NCBI GenBank assembly: GCA_021786945.1
Contig: JAJYMK010000003.1
Span: forward strand, 457,471-521,470
Direction: 5' to 3'
Source: a bacterium
GTDB taxonomy: Bacteria; Patescibacteriota; Minisyncoccia; UBA6257; 02-FULL-45-10c
Length of the DNA stretch: 64,000 bases
This document shows positions 38,389-49,339 of this stretch, in pieces (within the stretch, counting starts at the first letter, position 1; each line of letters opens with the position of its first letter). The notes beneath the pieces were generated by a model. The model worked only from the letters and a program-made list of their open reading frames with translations, had not been told where the DNA came from and did no database searches. A program made the position numbers and the translations under genes.

Positions 38389-39909
38389 CTATCTGGCTAC
38401 TTCCACAGCTCTCATTTCCCTAATTACATTAACTTTAATTTCACCAGGATAATTCAAATCGGTCTCGATTTTCGAAGCTATATTCTTTGCAAGCTGCAAA
38501 GCTCCAAAATCATCAATTTTTTCTGGAACAACAAAAACTCTGATTTCTCTGCCGGCTGAAACAGCATAGGCATTTTTAACGCCCTCGAAAGTAGTAGCGA
38601 TTCTTTCGAGATCCTGAAGTCTTTTAATATAGTTTTCAACCGTTCCTCTTCTAGCTCCCGGCCTAGCAGCGGAAAGAATGTCGGCAGCGGCAATTATATA
38701 AGACTCGGGCGAAGAGAATGGGTATTCTTCATGATGCGATTGCATAGCAGCAATAACCTTCTCATCAACGCCGTACTTCCTAAGAAGTTTTATACCAATT
38801 TCAACATGACTCCCTTCAACTTCATGATCAATAACCTTACCCAGGTCATGAAGTAATGCGGCTTTTTTGGCCACCTCGACATTTACGCCTAATTCAGCGG
38901 CCATCATGCCGGAAATATGGGCCATTTCAATAGAATGGATCAAGACATTCTGTCCAAAACTTGATCTGAAATAAAGCCTGCCCAACAAAGTAATAATTTC
39001 CTTAGGAATACCTATTACACCAACTTCCAAAACAGCATTTTCACCTATTTCTTCAACTCTTTTATTTAATTCCTGCCTGGCTTCCTCAACCTTCTCTTCA
39101 ATTTTTGCCGGTTGAATACGCCCGTCTTTGACTAATTTCTCCAAAGCTAATCTGGCAACCTCTCTCCTAAGCGGATCAAAAGAAGAAATGACTACCGCAT
39201 CCGGAGTTTCATCAATAATAAACTCAACTCCAGTAAGTCTTTCCAGGGTCCTAATATTTCTTCCTTCCCGGCCGATAATTTTTCCTTTAAGCTCCTCGTC
39301 CGGCAATTGGAATACGCTAGTTGTAACATCAGCGACGTGAGAACGGGAATACCTCTGAATAGCGGCAGTTATAATATCCAAACTTTTCTTTTCTATCTCT
39401 TCCCTTCTGTCTTTTTCCAATTTTTGTACAGCCTTAGCCAATTCAACGCCGTGCTGCTCTTTAATTCTCTGTAAAATCTGTTTCTTGGCGTCTTCCACCG
39501 AGAGTCTGGCAACTCGTTCCAATTCCGTAAGAATTTGTTTTCTTAATTCCTCAACTTCAGCTTTTTTTGAACCAACATCGGTCATAGCTTTTTCCAAAAT
39601 TCCTTTTTGGGTAGCTATATCGGAAAACTGCTTTTCCAGTGTTTCTTCTTTTTTAATAAGCCTTTCCTCAAATTTTGTAAGCTGAGCCTTACCTTCCTTT
39701 TCTTCTTTTTTAACCTCTTCAAGCAAAAGAGCGGCCTTATCTTTAGCCTCCAAAACAATGCCCTTTGCCTGAGTTTGAGCTTCTTCGAGTTTAAGTTTTA
39801 TTTTTTCTTCCGCAGAACTTACCTGTCTAGATACTATTAAGTGTCGGACTAAGTAGCCCAAAACCCCCGCTATGGCCAAAGAAAGCCAAAAAAATGGATT
39901 CAAAAACAT
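38389..39909 (-). CDS. rny: ribonuclease Y
   Basis: TM plus coiled coil, KH (KGKIIGREGRNIR), HD (LLHDLGK), SAARPGAR. Confidence 0.97.
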   Translation of the reverse strand: MFLNPFFWLSLAIAGVLGYLVRHLIVSRQVSSAEEKIKLKLEEAQTQAKGIVLEAKDKAALLLEEVKKEEKEGKAQLTKFEERLIKKEETLEKQFSDIATQKGILEKAMTDVGSKKAEVEELRKQILTELERVARLSVEDAKKQILQRIKEQHGVELAKAVQKLEKDRREEIEKKSLDIITAAIQRYSRSHVADVTTSVFQLPDEELKGKIIGREGRNIRTLERLTGVEFIIDETPDAVVISSFDPLRREVARLALEKLVKDGRIQPAKIEEKVEEARQELNKRVEEIGENAVLEVGVIGIPKEIITLLGRLYFRSSFGQNVLIHSIEMAHISGMMAAELGVNVEVAKKAALLHDLGKVIDHEVEGSHVEIGIKLLRKYGVDEKVIAAMQSHHEEYPFSSPESYIIAAADILSAARPGARRGTVENYIKRLQDLERIATTFEGVKNAYAVSAGREIRVFVVPEKIDDFGALQLAKNIASKIETDLNYPGEIKVNVIREMRAVEVAR

Positions 39910-40045
39910 ATATTTTGTTATTCGCCCAATATTTCATTAAAAGCGAAAAATTAATTTATTATTTAGAAACTCCGTCCGTTTTCCGGTAGAGTCAATTTAC
40001 GATATTTGTATTATAATTAACAAATATAAGTGAGTCAATCAAAAA

Positions 40046-41596
40046 ATGAGACGACAAATCGTATTAGCCATTCTTGACGGCTGGGGTATAGGAAAAAAAG
40101 ACGGATCAAATCCTATTCATATACAAGGAACTCCAAATATAGATTATATTAAAAGCCATTTTCCAAGCGGTGCGCTTCAAGCTTCGGGAATCGGAATAGG
40201 ATTACCATGGAATGAAGAAGGTAATAGTGAAGTTGGCCACCTTACCATAGGCGCCGGAAAAGTTATTTTCCAACACTACCCAAGAATAAGTATGTCTATA
40301 AGAGATGGTTCTTTTTATAAAAATAAAACCCTGCTCGATCTCGCTAATCATGTAAAAAATAACAGCGGCGCCCTAAATATTGCAGGACTTTTAACCGACG
40401 CCAACATCCATGCTTCCCTGGAACATCTTTTGGCGGTGGTAGATTTTGCCAAAAAAAATAATATTCCAAAGATAAATCTTCACTTGTATACTGACGGAAA
40501 AGACAGCCCATTAAAGTCGGCAGGCGGACTGCTTTCAAAAGTGGAAGCCGTTCTGTCCCCGACCGTCAAAATAGCCAGCTTAAGCGGACGATACTATGCC
40601 CTGGACAGAGACAAACACTGGGACCGCACTCAAAAAGCCTACAATGCTCTGACTGGAACAGCTCCGATAACCGATGACTATAAAGAACTCATAGAAAAAA
40701 ATTACGCTAAAAATCTTAGCGATGAATTTATCGAACCCCATCTTATCGGGCCCGAAAATAATGGCATCAAAGACGGAGACGGTTTGATTTTTATTGATTT
40801 TAGAGAAGATAGTATAAGACAGTTGGTGGAATCTTTTATAAATCCTGATTTTTCGAATTTCCCGGTTAAAAAATTCACTAATCTATTTATCGTCACTATG
40901 ACCGAGTATTCCCCAAGATTCAATTTGCCGGTTGTTTCCCCTCAAGAAAAAGTAGAAAATCCGCTGGGAAAAATAATTTCCGACAATGGTAAATCCCAAC
41001 TGAGAATAGCTGAGACTGACAAGTATGCCCATGTAACATACTTCTTCAACGGACTAAATGAAAAACCTTACGATAATGAATTTAGGATATTAGTCCCTTC
41101 AAAAAACGTCGTAAGGCATGACGAAGCCCCAGAAATGATGGCCGCCGAAATAACCAACCGGGTTATACAAGCATTAGACGAAAATTCTTTCGATTTTATT
41201 TTAATAAACTATGCCAATGCAGATATTATCGGCCACACGGGCAATTTTGACGCAGGAATGATAGCCGTAAAAACAATTGATGAGGAAATCGGCAAGCTTT
41301 CCCGTAAAATATTGGAAGACGACGACATCCTTATAATTACCGCCGATCACGGAAATGTAGAAAAAATGATGGATCCGCTTACGGCAAAACCAACAACTGG
41401 TCACGATGCCTCTCCTGTTCCTGTTTATATAGTAGCTAAAGAATTTTTCAGAAATAAATCTAAAGAAGAAGTAGAGGGCTCGGAAGCCGAAACAATTGGA
41501 ATACTTTGCGACATAGCTCCGACAATTTTAAGCCTCATGAATATTGCTAAGCCGAAAGACATGACTGGGCAAAATCTTCTACCTATTTTAAGATAA
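40046..41596 (+). CDS. gpmI: 2,3-bisphosphoglycerate-independent phosphoglycerate mutase
   Basis: ILDGWG, GNSEVGH, GRYYALDRD, KYAHVTYFFNG, TADHGN. Confidence 0.97.
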   Translation: MRRQIVLAILDGWGIGKKDGSNPIHIQGTPNIDYIKSHFPSGALQASGIGIGLPWNEEGNSEVGHLTIGAGKVIFQHYPRISMSIRDGSFYKNKTLLDLANHVKNNSGALNIAGLLTDANIHASLEHLLAVVDFAKKNNIPKINLHLYTDGKDSPLKSAGGLLSKVEAVLSPTVKIASLSGRYYALDRDKHWDRTQKAYNALTGTAPITDDYKELIEKNYAKNLSDEFIEPHLIGPENNGIKDGDGLIFIDFREDSIRQLVESFINPDFSNFPVKKFTNLFIVTMTEYSPRFNLPVVSPQEKVENPLGKIISDNGKSQLRIAETDKYAHVTYFFNGLNEKPYDNEFRILVPSKNVVRHDEAPEMMAAEITNRVIQALDENSFDFILINYANADIIGHTGNFDAGMIAVKTIDEEIGKLSRKILEDDDILIITADHGNVEKMMDPLTAKPTTGHDASPVPVYIVAKEFFRNKSKEEVEGSEAETIGILCDIAPTILSLMNIAKPKDMTGQNLLPILR

Positions 41597-41686
41597 TTTT
41601 TTAAAAAAAATATTTATTTCCCCGTATTTTCGGGTTAATTTTTCTTCCTATTGCCAACCTCCTTAAAAAATGATTAAAATAGAAAT

Positions 41687-42130
41687 ATGAACGAACACTT
41701 TAAATTCAATCCAGACGATATAATAAAAAAGGCTAATGAAAATAAAGATAAATTAACCGGTAAAAAAGAGGTTGGGGGGGATATAGAAAAACACCCAATG
41801 GATCAGCTGGATATTTTAGTCGCAGAAATAAATCAGGATAATAAACTCGAAACTATCAAAAAAATAAAGAGCATTATAAATAGACACTCTGAGCTAATCG
41901 AGGATTTGATGGAAAATATAGATACCCAGAAAGGAATCGCTAATTCCCATCTTAAAAAATGCGAAGAAATACAAGATAAAAATAAAGAGGCGCGTAAAAA
42001 AGATGCTTCTTATAATATAGATAATGACGAAAATTTAAAGGAACTGATTAAATGGGAAGATAAATCTAAAGCTCTGGTTTCTTTGATTAAGGCAATTAAT
42101 GGTCAAGAGGAATCGGGAGACGAAGAATAA
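41687..42130 (+). CDS. hypothetical protein
   Basis: 147-aa charged ORF. Confidence 0.6.
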   Translation: MNEHFKFNPDDIIKKANENKDKLTGKKEVGGDIEKHPMDQLDILVAEINQDNKLETIKKIKSIINRHSELIEDLMENIDTQKGIANSHLKKCEEIQDKNKEARKKDASYNIDNDENLKELIKWEDKSKALVSLIKAINGQEESGDEE

Positions 42131-42137
42131 TAAATAA

Positions 42138-42503
42138 ATGAAATTTTTATCAAGAATTGTATTTTATTTCTTGGTCAATCTCGTGGCGCTTATCACAGCC
42201 GCCCAATTTGTAACCGGTTTTTCGATAAATAATAATATCGAAAATATCTTGATACTTACCGGAATTTTTACGGCCATAAATCTTCTTATAAAACCACTGT
42301 TAAAAATAATTTTCACTCCTTTTATAATGCTGTCCCTGGGCTTGTTTAGTCTGGTAATTAATGCTATAATGTTAAAACTTCTTGATATCTGGTCGGTAAA
42401 CGTGACCATATCCGGAATTCAGGCTTTGGTATACTCCACACTTTTAATAACCGGAGTAAACCTAATCCTTACATTTGTAGCTAAATCATCATTTAAAGAA
42501 TAA
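42138..42503 (+). CDS. YvlD / 4-TMS holin-like family membrane protein
   Basis: NLLIKPLL...P...LSLGLFSLVINA. Confidence 0.85.
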   Translation: MKFLSRIVFYFLVNLVALITAAQFVTGFSINNNIENILILTGIFTAINLLIKPLLKIIFTPFIMLSLGLFSLVINAIMLKLLDIWSVNVTISGIQALVYSTLLITGVNLILTFVAKSSFKE

Positions 42504-42728
42504 ATGTCTACTCTATCCATAATTCAAATAGTTATTTCGGCACTACTCATTATAGCTATAGTTCTTCAAGATAGGTCCTCTGGCTTGTCAGGAGTTTTTG
42601 GAGGAAATAGCGAGTTTTATCATACCCGAAGAGGATTGGAAAGGATAATTTTTTGGAGTTCCGTTGTTTTATCAATCGCTTTTGCAGCTATTTCGCTCTA
42701 TTCTGGCATTTTAATGCCTAAGGCTTAA
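42504..42728 (+). CDS. secG: preprotein translocase subunit SecG
   Basis: TM-LQ-GLSGVFGG...TRRGLE-TM. Confidence 0.9.
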   Translation: MSTLSIIQIVISALLIIAIVLQDRSSGLSGVFGGNSEFYHTRRGLERIIFWSSVVLSIAFAAISLYSGILMPKA

Positions 42729-42774
42729 AATTTTTAAAAGCTTTTAAAAATTAAAGCGAAAAATTTCTTTTTAA

Positions 42775-44433
42775 TTGTTTTTTATGTTTTTTTATCAAAT
42801 TCTTAAGTCTTTTACCGAAAAAGAAAAAAAGTTGGCTATAATAAGCCTTTCTATTTTTTTGCTTTCGTCTATTTTATGGATAGCAAATTTTATAAATACC
42901 AACACCGTAGCTGTTCCCGCGGAAAGCAGTAATTATACTGAGGGCGTAATAGGTCAGCCCAAATTTATAAACCCAGTTATTGCAAATTCCGATATAGACC
43001 GAGATCTTTCCAGAATACTATACAGCAGTTTAGCCGATCTAATGGATCATTACACAATCGCTGATGACGGAAAAACCTGGGATGTATTCCTTAAATCCGA
43101 TTTATTATGGAGCGACAATAGCCCGCTAACCAGCGATGATGTGGTATTTACGGTTGAGACAATCCAAGACTCCGAAGCCAGATCTCCTTTGTTCACCACT
43201 TGGCAGGGAATTATAGTAAATAGAATAAGTGAGTTAGAAATAGAATTTAATCTAAGAAACCCGTATGCTTTTTTTCCGGACAATTTAAACGAGCTCAAAA
43301 TAATACCTAAACATATATTCGGAAATATACCGGCCGCAAATCTTAAGCTCTCCGGCTATAATCTAGAACCAGTCGGAAGCGGACCTTATAAATATTCAAA
43401 CTACAGCCTCAGAAAAGACGGCTTCATCACCCAATATACCTTTACAATAAATCCGGAATATTCCGGTAAAAAACCGTTTATTAAAAATATTTCAATAAAT
43501 TTTTATCAAGGCCAAGATGAATTAATAAATGCATTCAATTCTAGGAAAATTGATGGTTTCGGCAATTTAAATCCGATAAATGCCGACAAAATAAAAATTT
43601 CTCATAAAATTACCGAGCTTAAAATGCCTAGGTATTATGCAATTTTCATCAATCAAAATACAAATGAAGCCCTCAAGGACATCAATGTCAGAAATGCACT
43701 GAACATCTCTATAGACAAAAATAAATTAATAAACGATATCTTTAATGGAAAAGCTGAAATTGTTAATCAGCCGATTACCTCAACAATAGATGGCTTCGAT
43801 AGTCAGGTAGGAGTCGTAAATTTTTCCACGGAAAATGCTTCGGAACTATTGGAAAAAAACGGATGGAAACTAAATCCGGATACCGCGATCAGAGAAAAAA
43901 AAGTGGGTAAAAATATAATTAAATTAGAGCTTCAGCTTATTGTGCCGCAAATTCAATTTTTAACTGATACGGCCGAAAAAATAAAAACAGATTGGGAAAA
44001 AATCGGGGTAAAATTAGAAATAATAAAATTGAATCCTAGTGATATAACAGAAGATGTAATAAAGAGCAGGAACTACCAAATGCTTCTTTTTGGAAATATA
44101 CTCAGAAATAATCCCGATATTTTCTCTTTTTGGCATTCTTCGGAAAAATTCTATCCAGGACTCAATCTCTCCTTATATCAAAACAAAGAAGTGGACGATT
44201 TGATAGAATCAATAAGAAAGGAGGTTGACCCAGAAAAACGAAAGATTAGCGTACAAAAACTTCAGACAACAATAACATCAGACACGCCTGCACTATTTCT
44301 CTTTTCTCCTTATTATCTCTATGTTTCGAATAAAAATTTCGGCGGATTAGATGGCAAGGTTCTGATAACTCCATCCGACAGATTTAATAACATTAACGAA
44401 TGGTACTTACAAACAAGTAGGGCGCTTAAGTAA
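42775..44433 (+). CDS. ABC transporter substrate-binding protein (family 5, peptide/nickel)
   Basis: WSDNSPLTSDDVVFT, PVGSGPY, VRNAL; exact start uncertain. Confidence 0.88.
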   Translation: MFFMFFYQILKSFTEKEKKLAIISLSIFLLSSILWIANFINTNTVAVPAESSNYTEGVIGQPKFINPVIANSDIDRDLSRILYSSLADLMDHYTIADDGKTWDVFLKSDLLWSDNSPLTSDDVVFTVETIQDSEARSPLFTTWQGIIVNRISELEIEFNLRNPYAFFPDNLNELKIIPKHIFGNIPAANLKLSGYNLEPVGSGPYKYSNYSLRKDGFITQYTFTINPEYSGKKPFIKNISINFYQGQDELINAFNSRKIDGFGNLNPINADKIKISHKITELKMPRYYAIFINQNTNEALKDINVRNALNISIDKNKLINDIFNGKAEIVNQPITSTIDGFDSQVGVVNFSTENASELLEKNGWKLNPDTAIREKKVGKNIIKLELQLIVPQIQFLTDTAEKIKTDWEKIGVKLEIIKLNPSDITEDVIKSRNYQMLLFGNILRNNPDIFSFWHSSEKFYPGLNLSLYQNKEVDDLIESIRKEVDPEKRKISVQKLQTTITSDTPALFLFSPYYLYVSNKNFGGLDGKVLITPSDRFNNINEWYLQTSRALK

Positions 44434-45384
44434 ATGGAAAACTTCGAAAAAACAATTAAAGATTTTAGTAAACAATTGTCCTCAAAAAACATCTTCTTTT
44501 TAAACTCTGAAAATATAAAAAATACAGAAAAAATTGATGCAATAGTATTAATAGGTATGGGCGGTTCGGGACAAGTTGGAGACATAATTCTGAATTTGAA
44601 ATCAGAATTAGGAATTAAAATCCCCGTTCTGGTATGGAAAGATTGGGGTCTCCCAACAATAAAATACAAAAATCCATTATATATATTCATTTCTTTTTCC
44701 GGAAATACAGAAGAGACAATAAGCGGAATAAGTAATGCAAAAAATAAGGCGCTGGTAGCTTCTGGCGGAAAGATTATGCAAATCGCCAAAAAACAAAAAC
44801 TTCCTATCGCCTATTTTTCTAATAACGAAATAAAACCTAGACAAGCCGGAGGTATATTATTTTTTGCCGTTACCAGTTTACTAAAAAAATATTTTCCGGA
44901 AATAAAAATAAACAATCTAGAAATAAAAAATTGGGAAAAACGTGGTAAGTCCATAGCCCAAAAAATAAAAAATAAAATTGCACTCCTCTATAGTTCTTCA
45001 GAAAATTATTATTTAGCTTACAATTGGAAAACCAGACTAAACGAAACGTCTAAGACTCCGGCTTTCAGCGGAATAATTCCGGAAATTTGCCATAATGAAA
45101 TAGAAATATTTGAAAATAACGGATTTAAAAAACAATCAATTGTAATTTTATTTGAAGATAAAAATGACAGACAAGAAATAAAAAAGCGGATGGAAAAAGT
45201 TAAAAAAATATTTACCGCAAAAAAAATAAATTTCTTGATAATAAAAACTGAGAGTAGGGATAAGTCTGAAAATGCTTTTAATTCTCTTGTTTTAGCAGAT
45301 TGGGTAAGCTATTATCTGGCAAAAGGACAGAAAATAAATCCAGCTCAAACAAAGCTGATAGATGCCCTTAAGAAATTGAGATAA
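44434..45384 (+). CDS. bifunctional phosphoglucose/phosphomannose isomerase (SIS)
   Basis: GMGGSG, SFSGNTEET, NETSK, PEICHNE. Confidence 0.9.
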   Translation: MENFEKTIKDFSKQLSSKNIFFLNSENIKNTEKIDAIVLIGMGGSGQVGDIILNLKSELGIKIPVLVWKDWGLPTIKYKNPLYIFISFSGNTEETISGISNAKNKALVASGGKIMQIAKKQKLPIAYFSNNEIKPRQAGGILFFAVTSLLKKYFPEIKINNLEIKNWEKRGKSIAQKIKNKIALLYSSSENYYLAYNWKTRLNETSKTPAFSGIIPEICHNEIEIFENNGFKKQSIVILFEDKNDRQEIKKRMEKVKKIFTAKKINFLIIKTESRDKSENAFNSLVLADWVSYYLAKGQKINPAQTKLIDALKKLR

Positions 45385-45389
45385 ATTTC

Positions 45390-45473
45390 GTCGAGGTGGC
45401 GGAACTGGCAGACGCACTGGTTTCAGGTACCAGCGGTCGCAAGACCATAGGAGTTCAAATCTCCTCCTCGACA
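45390..45473 (+). tRNA. tRNA-Leu (CAG)
   Basis: cloverleaf with long variable arm, CTGGT-TTCAGGT-ACCAG. Confidence 0.95.
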
Positions 45474-45540
45474 CAACAATAAAGTCGAAACTTTTTTGTA
45501 AATTAAAATTAAATATTAAATTTTATAATTAAAAAACATT

Positions 45541-47259
45541 ATGTTTAAAAAAACGAGTGTTAAAAGGGTTAATCACAAAAAACCCTCTACTCAAGAACCC
45601 GTCGTAAGGTTTTGTCCTTTAGGCGGATTCGAAGAAATAGGAAGAAACTGTTCTTTCTATGAATATAAAAACGAAATAATAGTCGTCGATCTTGGAATTC
45701 AGTTTCCGGAAGAAGAAACTCCCGGAATAGACTATATTATTCCGAACGTTTCCTATTTGGAACCGAAAAAGAAGAATATAAAAGGAATAATACTGACTCA
45801 TGGACACTATGATCATATCTACGCTCTTCCCTATCTCATAGAGAAACTTGGAAATCCGATTATATACACCGCTCCGCTCACTAAAGCCATTGTAGAGAAA
45901 AGAATGGAAGAATTCCCGAATATGCCCAAGCCGAGGTTCCAGGTTGTTAAGGAAGGCGATAAACTAACTCTTTCCGAAAACTTCCAGGCAGAATTCTTCG
46001 ATATCGGGCACACTATTCCTGATGGAATCGGCTTTGTCTTAACTACCCCGGTAGGAAAAATGGTCAGCTTTGGCGATTTCAGAGTTGAACGCGATAAACA
46101 CGGTAATCCTATTCACACAAAATCATTCGAAAAACTAAACCGCACAGAAATTCATACGGCTTTTATCGATAGTACCAGCGCTGATATCGAGGGCGCATCA
46201 ATTTCGGAAGATACGGTAAAAGACAACATAGAAGACTTACTCAAAAAAGCCGAGGGACGCGTGATTATAGCAACCTTTGCCTCCCTCTTAACCCGTATTG
46301 CCGCTATTTTTGAAATTGCTGACAGGCTTGGAAAAAAAGTAGCACTTAACGGAAGATCTATGAAAAATAATGTGCAGATCGCCAAAACTCTTGGTTATAT
46401 CAAAAATCCAAAAGGATTGGAAATTTCCATGGATGAAGTTTCCAAATTTAAAGACGACAAAGTAATTATCCTTACAACCGGCGGACAGGGCGAACCAAAC
46501 GCTGGCCTTACAAGAATAGCCAACGGAGAACACAAAAGTGTTAGATTAAAACCAACCGATTCGGTTATATTCTCGTCTTCCGTGGTTCCTGGCAACGAAA
46601 GAAGCGTCCAAATTCTTCAGGATAATATTTCTAGGCAAGTTGATGAAATTTACAATTATGAATTCTTAGACATTCACGCCGGGGGACACTCCCACAAAGA
46701 AGACATAAAACTTGTCATAAAAATGCTGGCAAAAACTAAATTCATACTTCCTATTCACGGTTATTATTACAAGAGAAAGTCTTTGGCTAAAACAGCCATA
46801 AGCCTGGGGGTACCAAAAAATAACACCTTTCTTATCGACAACGGACAGGTCTGTGAACTAACAAAAAATGGTTTTAGGGTAACCTCAGAAAAAGTTCCGG
46901 CAAATTACGTCATGGTTGACGGACTTGGCGTCGGAGATGTCGAAGAAGTTGTTTTGAGAGACAGAATAATGCTTTCCGAGGAAGGCATGGTTGTGGTTAT
47001 CGCCACCATAGACAGAAAAACCGGAAAAATAATAAAAAATCCGGATATAATCTCTAGAGGTTTTATTTATCTTAAAGAAAACAAAACTCTTTTAGACGAC
47101 ATTCGTACCAAATTAAGAAATATTTTAACCAGAATACCGTTTAACCAAAAACCCGATCCTGATTACATAAAAGGACTGTTAAGAGATCAGATTGGCCAAT
47201 TAATCTACATAAAAACAAAGAGGAGGCCAATGATCCTGCCAGTTTTGATAGAGATATAA
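45541..47259 (+). CDS. rnj: ribonuclease J
   Basis: PLGGFEEIGRN, THGHYDH, GGQGEP, HAGGH, RRPMILP. Confidence 0.96.
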   Translation: MFKKTSVKRVNHKKPSTQEPVVRFCPLGGFEEIGRNCSFYEYKNEIIVVDLGIQFPEEETPGIDYIIPNVSYLEPKKKNIKGIILTHGHYDHIYALPYLIEKLGNPIIYTAPLTKAIVEKRMEEFPNMPKPRFQVVKEGDKLTLSENFQAEFFDIGHTIPDGIGFVLTTPVGKMVSFGDFRVERDKHGNPIHTKSFEKLNRTEIHTAFIDSTSADIEGASISEDTVKDNIEDLLKKAEGRVIIATFASLLTRIAAIFEIADRLGKKVALNGRSMKNNVQIAKTLGYIKNPKGLEISMDEVSKFKDDKVIILTTGGQGEPNAGLTRIANGEHKSVRLKPTDSVIFSSSVVPGNERSVQILQDNISRQVDEIYNYEFLDIHAGGHSHKEDIKLVIKMLAKTKFILPIHGYYYKRKSLAKTAISLGVPKNNTFLIDNGQVCELTKNGFRVTSEKVPANYVMVDGLGVGDVEEVVLRDRIMLSEEGMVVVIATIDRKTGKIIKNPDIISRGFIYLKENKTLLDDIRTKLRNILTRIPFNQKPDPDYIKGLLRDQIGQLIYIKTKRRPMILPVLIEI

Positions 47260-47291
47260 GAAAAAGCCCCGGCATTGCCGGGGCTTTAATT

Positions 47292-47537
47292 TTATCTGAC
47301 TTTTTTCAGTCCTGTTTTTATCTTTTTCAGAGTGGAAATAACCGCTTCGTCCATGTCTTTGGTTCCCGTGCCTTCGGCAAGCATCCCGTCGCAGATAGGC
47401 TCATGGACGAAAACTCTTATTATGTTTCCGCCCTCTATCTTTTTTACAAGGGCGTATTGTATTTTTCCGTCGGCGGAACAAATGATTGCTCCGTCTTTTT
47501 TGGTTTTTATACTAAACCACCTTTTTCTGTTTTTCAT
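47292..47537 (-). CDS. hypothetical protein
   Basis: GAGGGG SD; shares a terminator with rnj. Confidence 0.6.
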   Translation of the reverse strand: MKNRKRWFSIKTKKDGAIICSADGKIQYALVKKIEGGNIIRVFVHEPICDGMLAEGTGTKDMDEAVISTLKKIKTGLKKVR

Positions 47538-47619
47538 TTATCCCCTCTCTTTTATATTAAAAAACGAGCTACCTAGAAGATACACTAGACGGCTCATTTT
47601 AGTCAATCCAAAAATGTTT

Positions 47620-48939
47620 TTAATTTTTTCTTAAAATATTTTTCAATTCTTCCAAATTATTTTCAATAAACAACGCTTTCTTTTGTTTGTTAATTATTTC
47701 CTTTAATTTTCCGGGAATTTCAATTTTTTTGCCAATTATCGGTTCAATGGCGTCTTTGAATTTTACGGGATGCGCAGTACTTAAAGAAATAATCACGTCG
47801 TCGATACCACTTTCTTGAGCAGCCTTAACAGCTACAGCGCTATGTGTATCCAATAAATATCCGACTTTTTCATAAACATTCCCGATTGTACGGGAAGTTT
47901 CTTCCTCAGTCACACTTATCCCTATAATGTCTTTTACCATTAATTTAGCGTTATTTTCGTATAAATCCAGCATCCTGGCAAAGTTAGAGGGATTACCCAC
48001 ATCCATTGAATTAGACATGGTTTTTTGCGAAGGACGAGGCTTATATACACCAGTATGGAGGTATTCCGGGACTACATCATTTATATTGGTAGCGGCAATA
48101 AACATACCTATTGGCAAGCCAATTCTTTTAGCTATAAGCCCGGCTGTTAAATTGCCGAAGTTGCCACTGGGAACACAAAAATTTACATCTTTAATTCCCT
48201 TTTTAACCAATTGGGCGAAACCAAAAATATAATAAAACATCTGTGGCAAAAGACGTCCAAAATTTATGGAGTTAGCCGAAGAAAATTCACCTTTTCCATT
48301 CAGTTCTTTATCACCCAAAATCTGCTTGGCTAATTTTTGGCAATCATCGAAAGCGCCATTTACCTCTACTGCGGTGATATTTCCGCCAAACGTCGTAAGC
48401 TGCTTTTCCTGAAGATCACTCACCTTTCCTGACGGATATAAAATATAAACTTTTATATTCGGCACATTATAAAAACCTGCGGCCACAGCGCTTCCTGTAT
48501 CTCCAGATGTGGCAACGATTATTTTCAATTCTTTTTTAGTTTGTCTTAAAAAATAACCCATCGCCCGAGACATAAATCTAGCGCCGAAATCCTTAAAAGC
48601 CATTGTCGGACCATGCCAAAGTTCTTCAACGTAAATATTATCACTGATTTTAACCAAGGGAGCCGGAAATCCTTCGCCGCAATCAATAAAAGCATCTGGA
48701 CTAAAAGCATCGTCAATTATTTCTTTCAAATCTTTTTCAGGAATATCATCAATAAATAATTTTCCGACTTCCAGGGCTATCTCGCCAAAGCTTTTGTTTG
48801 CCAAATCAGCCAAAAATTTATTATTCAAAGACGGAAAATTTTCGGGCATATACAATCCACCGTCCGGAGCCAAACCCTCGAAAAGGACGTCTTTAAACTT
48901 TTTGCCCTTTATTTGTTTATTAGTACTGTAATAATACAT
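47620..48939 (-). CDS. thrC: threonine synthase
   Basis: GLAPDGGLY, HGPTMAFKDFG, ATSGDTG, SANSINFGR, VPSGNFGN. Confidence 0.97.
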   Translation of the reverse strand: MYYYSTNKQIKGKKFKDVLFEGLAPDGGLYMPENFPSLNNKFLADLANKSFGEIALEVGKLFIDDIPEKDLKEIIDDAFSPDAFIDCGEGFPAPLVKISDNIYVEELWHGPTMAFKDFGARFMSRAMGYFLRQTKKELKIIVATSGDTGSAVAAGFYNVPNIKVYILYPSGKVSDLQEKQLTTFGGNITAVEVNGAFDDCQKLAKQILGDKELNGKGEFSSANSINFGRLLPQMFYYIFGFAQLVKKGIKDVNFCVPSGNFGNLTAGLIAKRIGLPIGMFIAATNINDVVPEYLHTGVYKPRPSQKTMSNSMDVGNPSNFARMLDLYENNAKLMVKDIIGISVTEEETSRTIGNVYEKVGYLLDTHSAVAVKAAQESGIDDVIISLSTAHPVKFKDAIEPIIGKKIEIPGKLKEIINKQKKALFIENNLEELKNILRKN

Positions 48940-49011
48940 ATACTTAATGATACTTTAACTGAAATAAAAAAAAAGCTCGCATGTTTATACGCGAGCTTTT
49001 ATATTGTTTTT

Positions 49012-49266
49012 TTAAGGATTCACTTGAATCCCCCCTCCTGTTCTTATGCCAATATTACCATTTGTATCCACCCCCATAGATCCAGACTTCATTATGGTAA
49101 TGCCGACCGAAATATGGTCTTTTTTAGAACCACCCCTCTTCGAACAAGAACCGTTCTTTTTGTATTCAGCTAAGTTATAGCTGGTAAATATCATACCCAG
49201 AATAACCCCGCAGAACAAAACGACGAAGACAGCACCAATCTTCCAATCAGCTTTCCAATTCATCAT
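49012..49266 (-). CDS. small membrane-anchored hypothetical protein
   Basis: AAGGGG SD, N-terminal TM, Gly-rich C-terminus. Confidence 0.55.
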   Translation of the reverse strand: MMNWKADWKIGAVFVVLFCGVILGMIFTSYNLAEYKKNGSCSKRGGSKKDHISVGITIMKSGSMGVDTNGNIGIRTGGGIQVNP

Positions 49267-49339
49267 ATCTTTTTCCCCTTTTTAGATTTTCAAAAATTCT
49301 AACATTTATAATACCACAAAAAATACTATTTGTCTAGGC

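Noticed and set aside
42138-42503. Prophage suggested by a holin-like gene
   Set aside because: This is a YvlD-type membrane protein beside secG in housekeeping context, with no lysin or virion genes.
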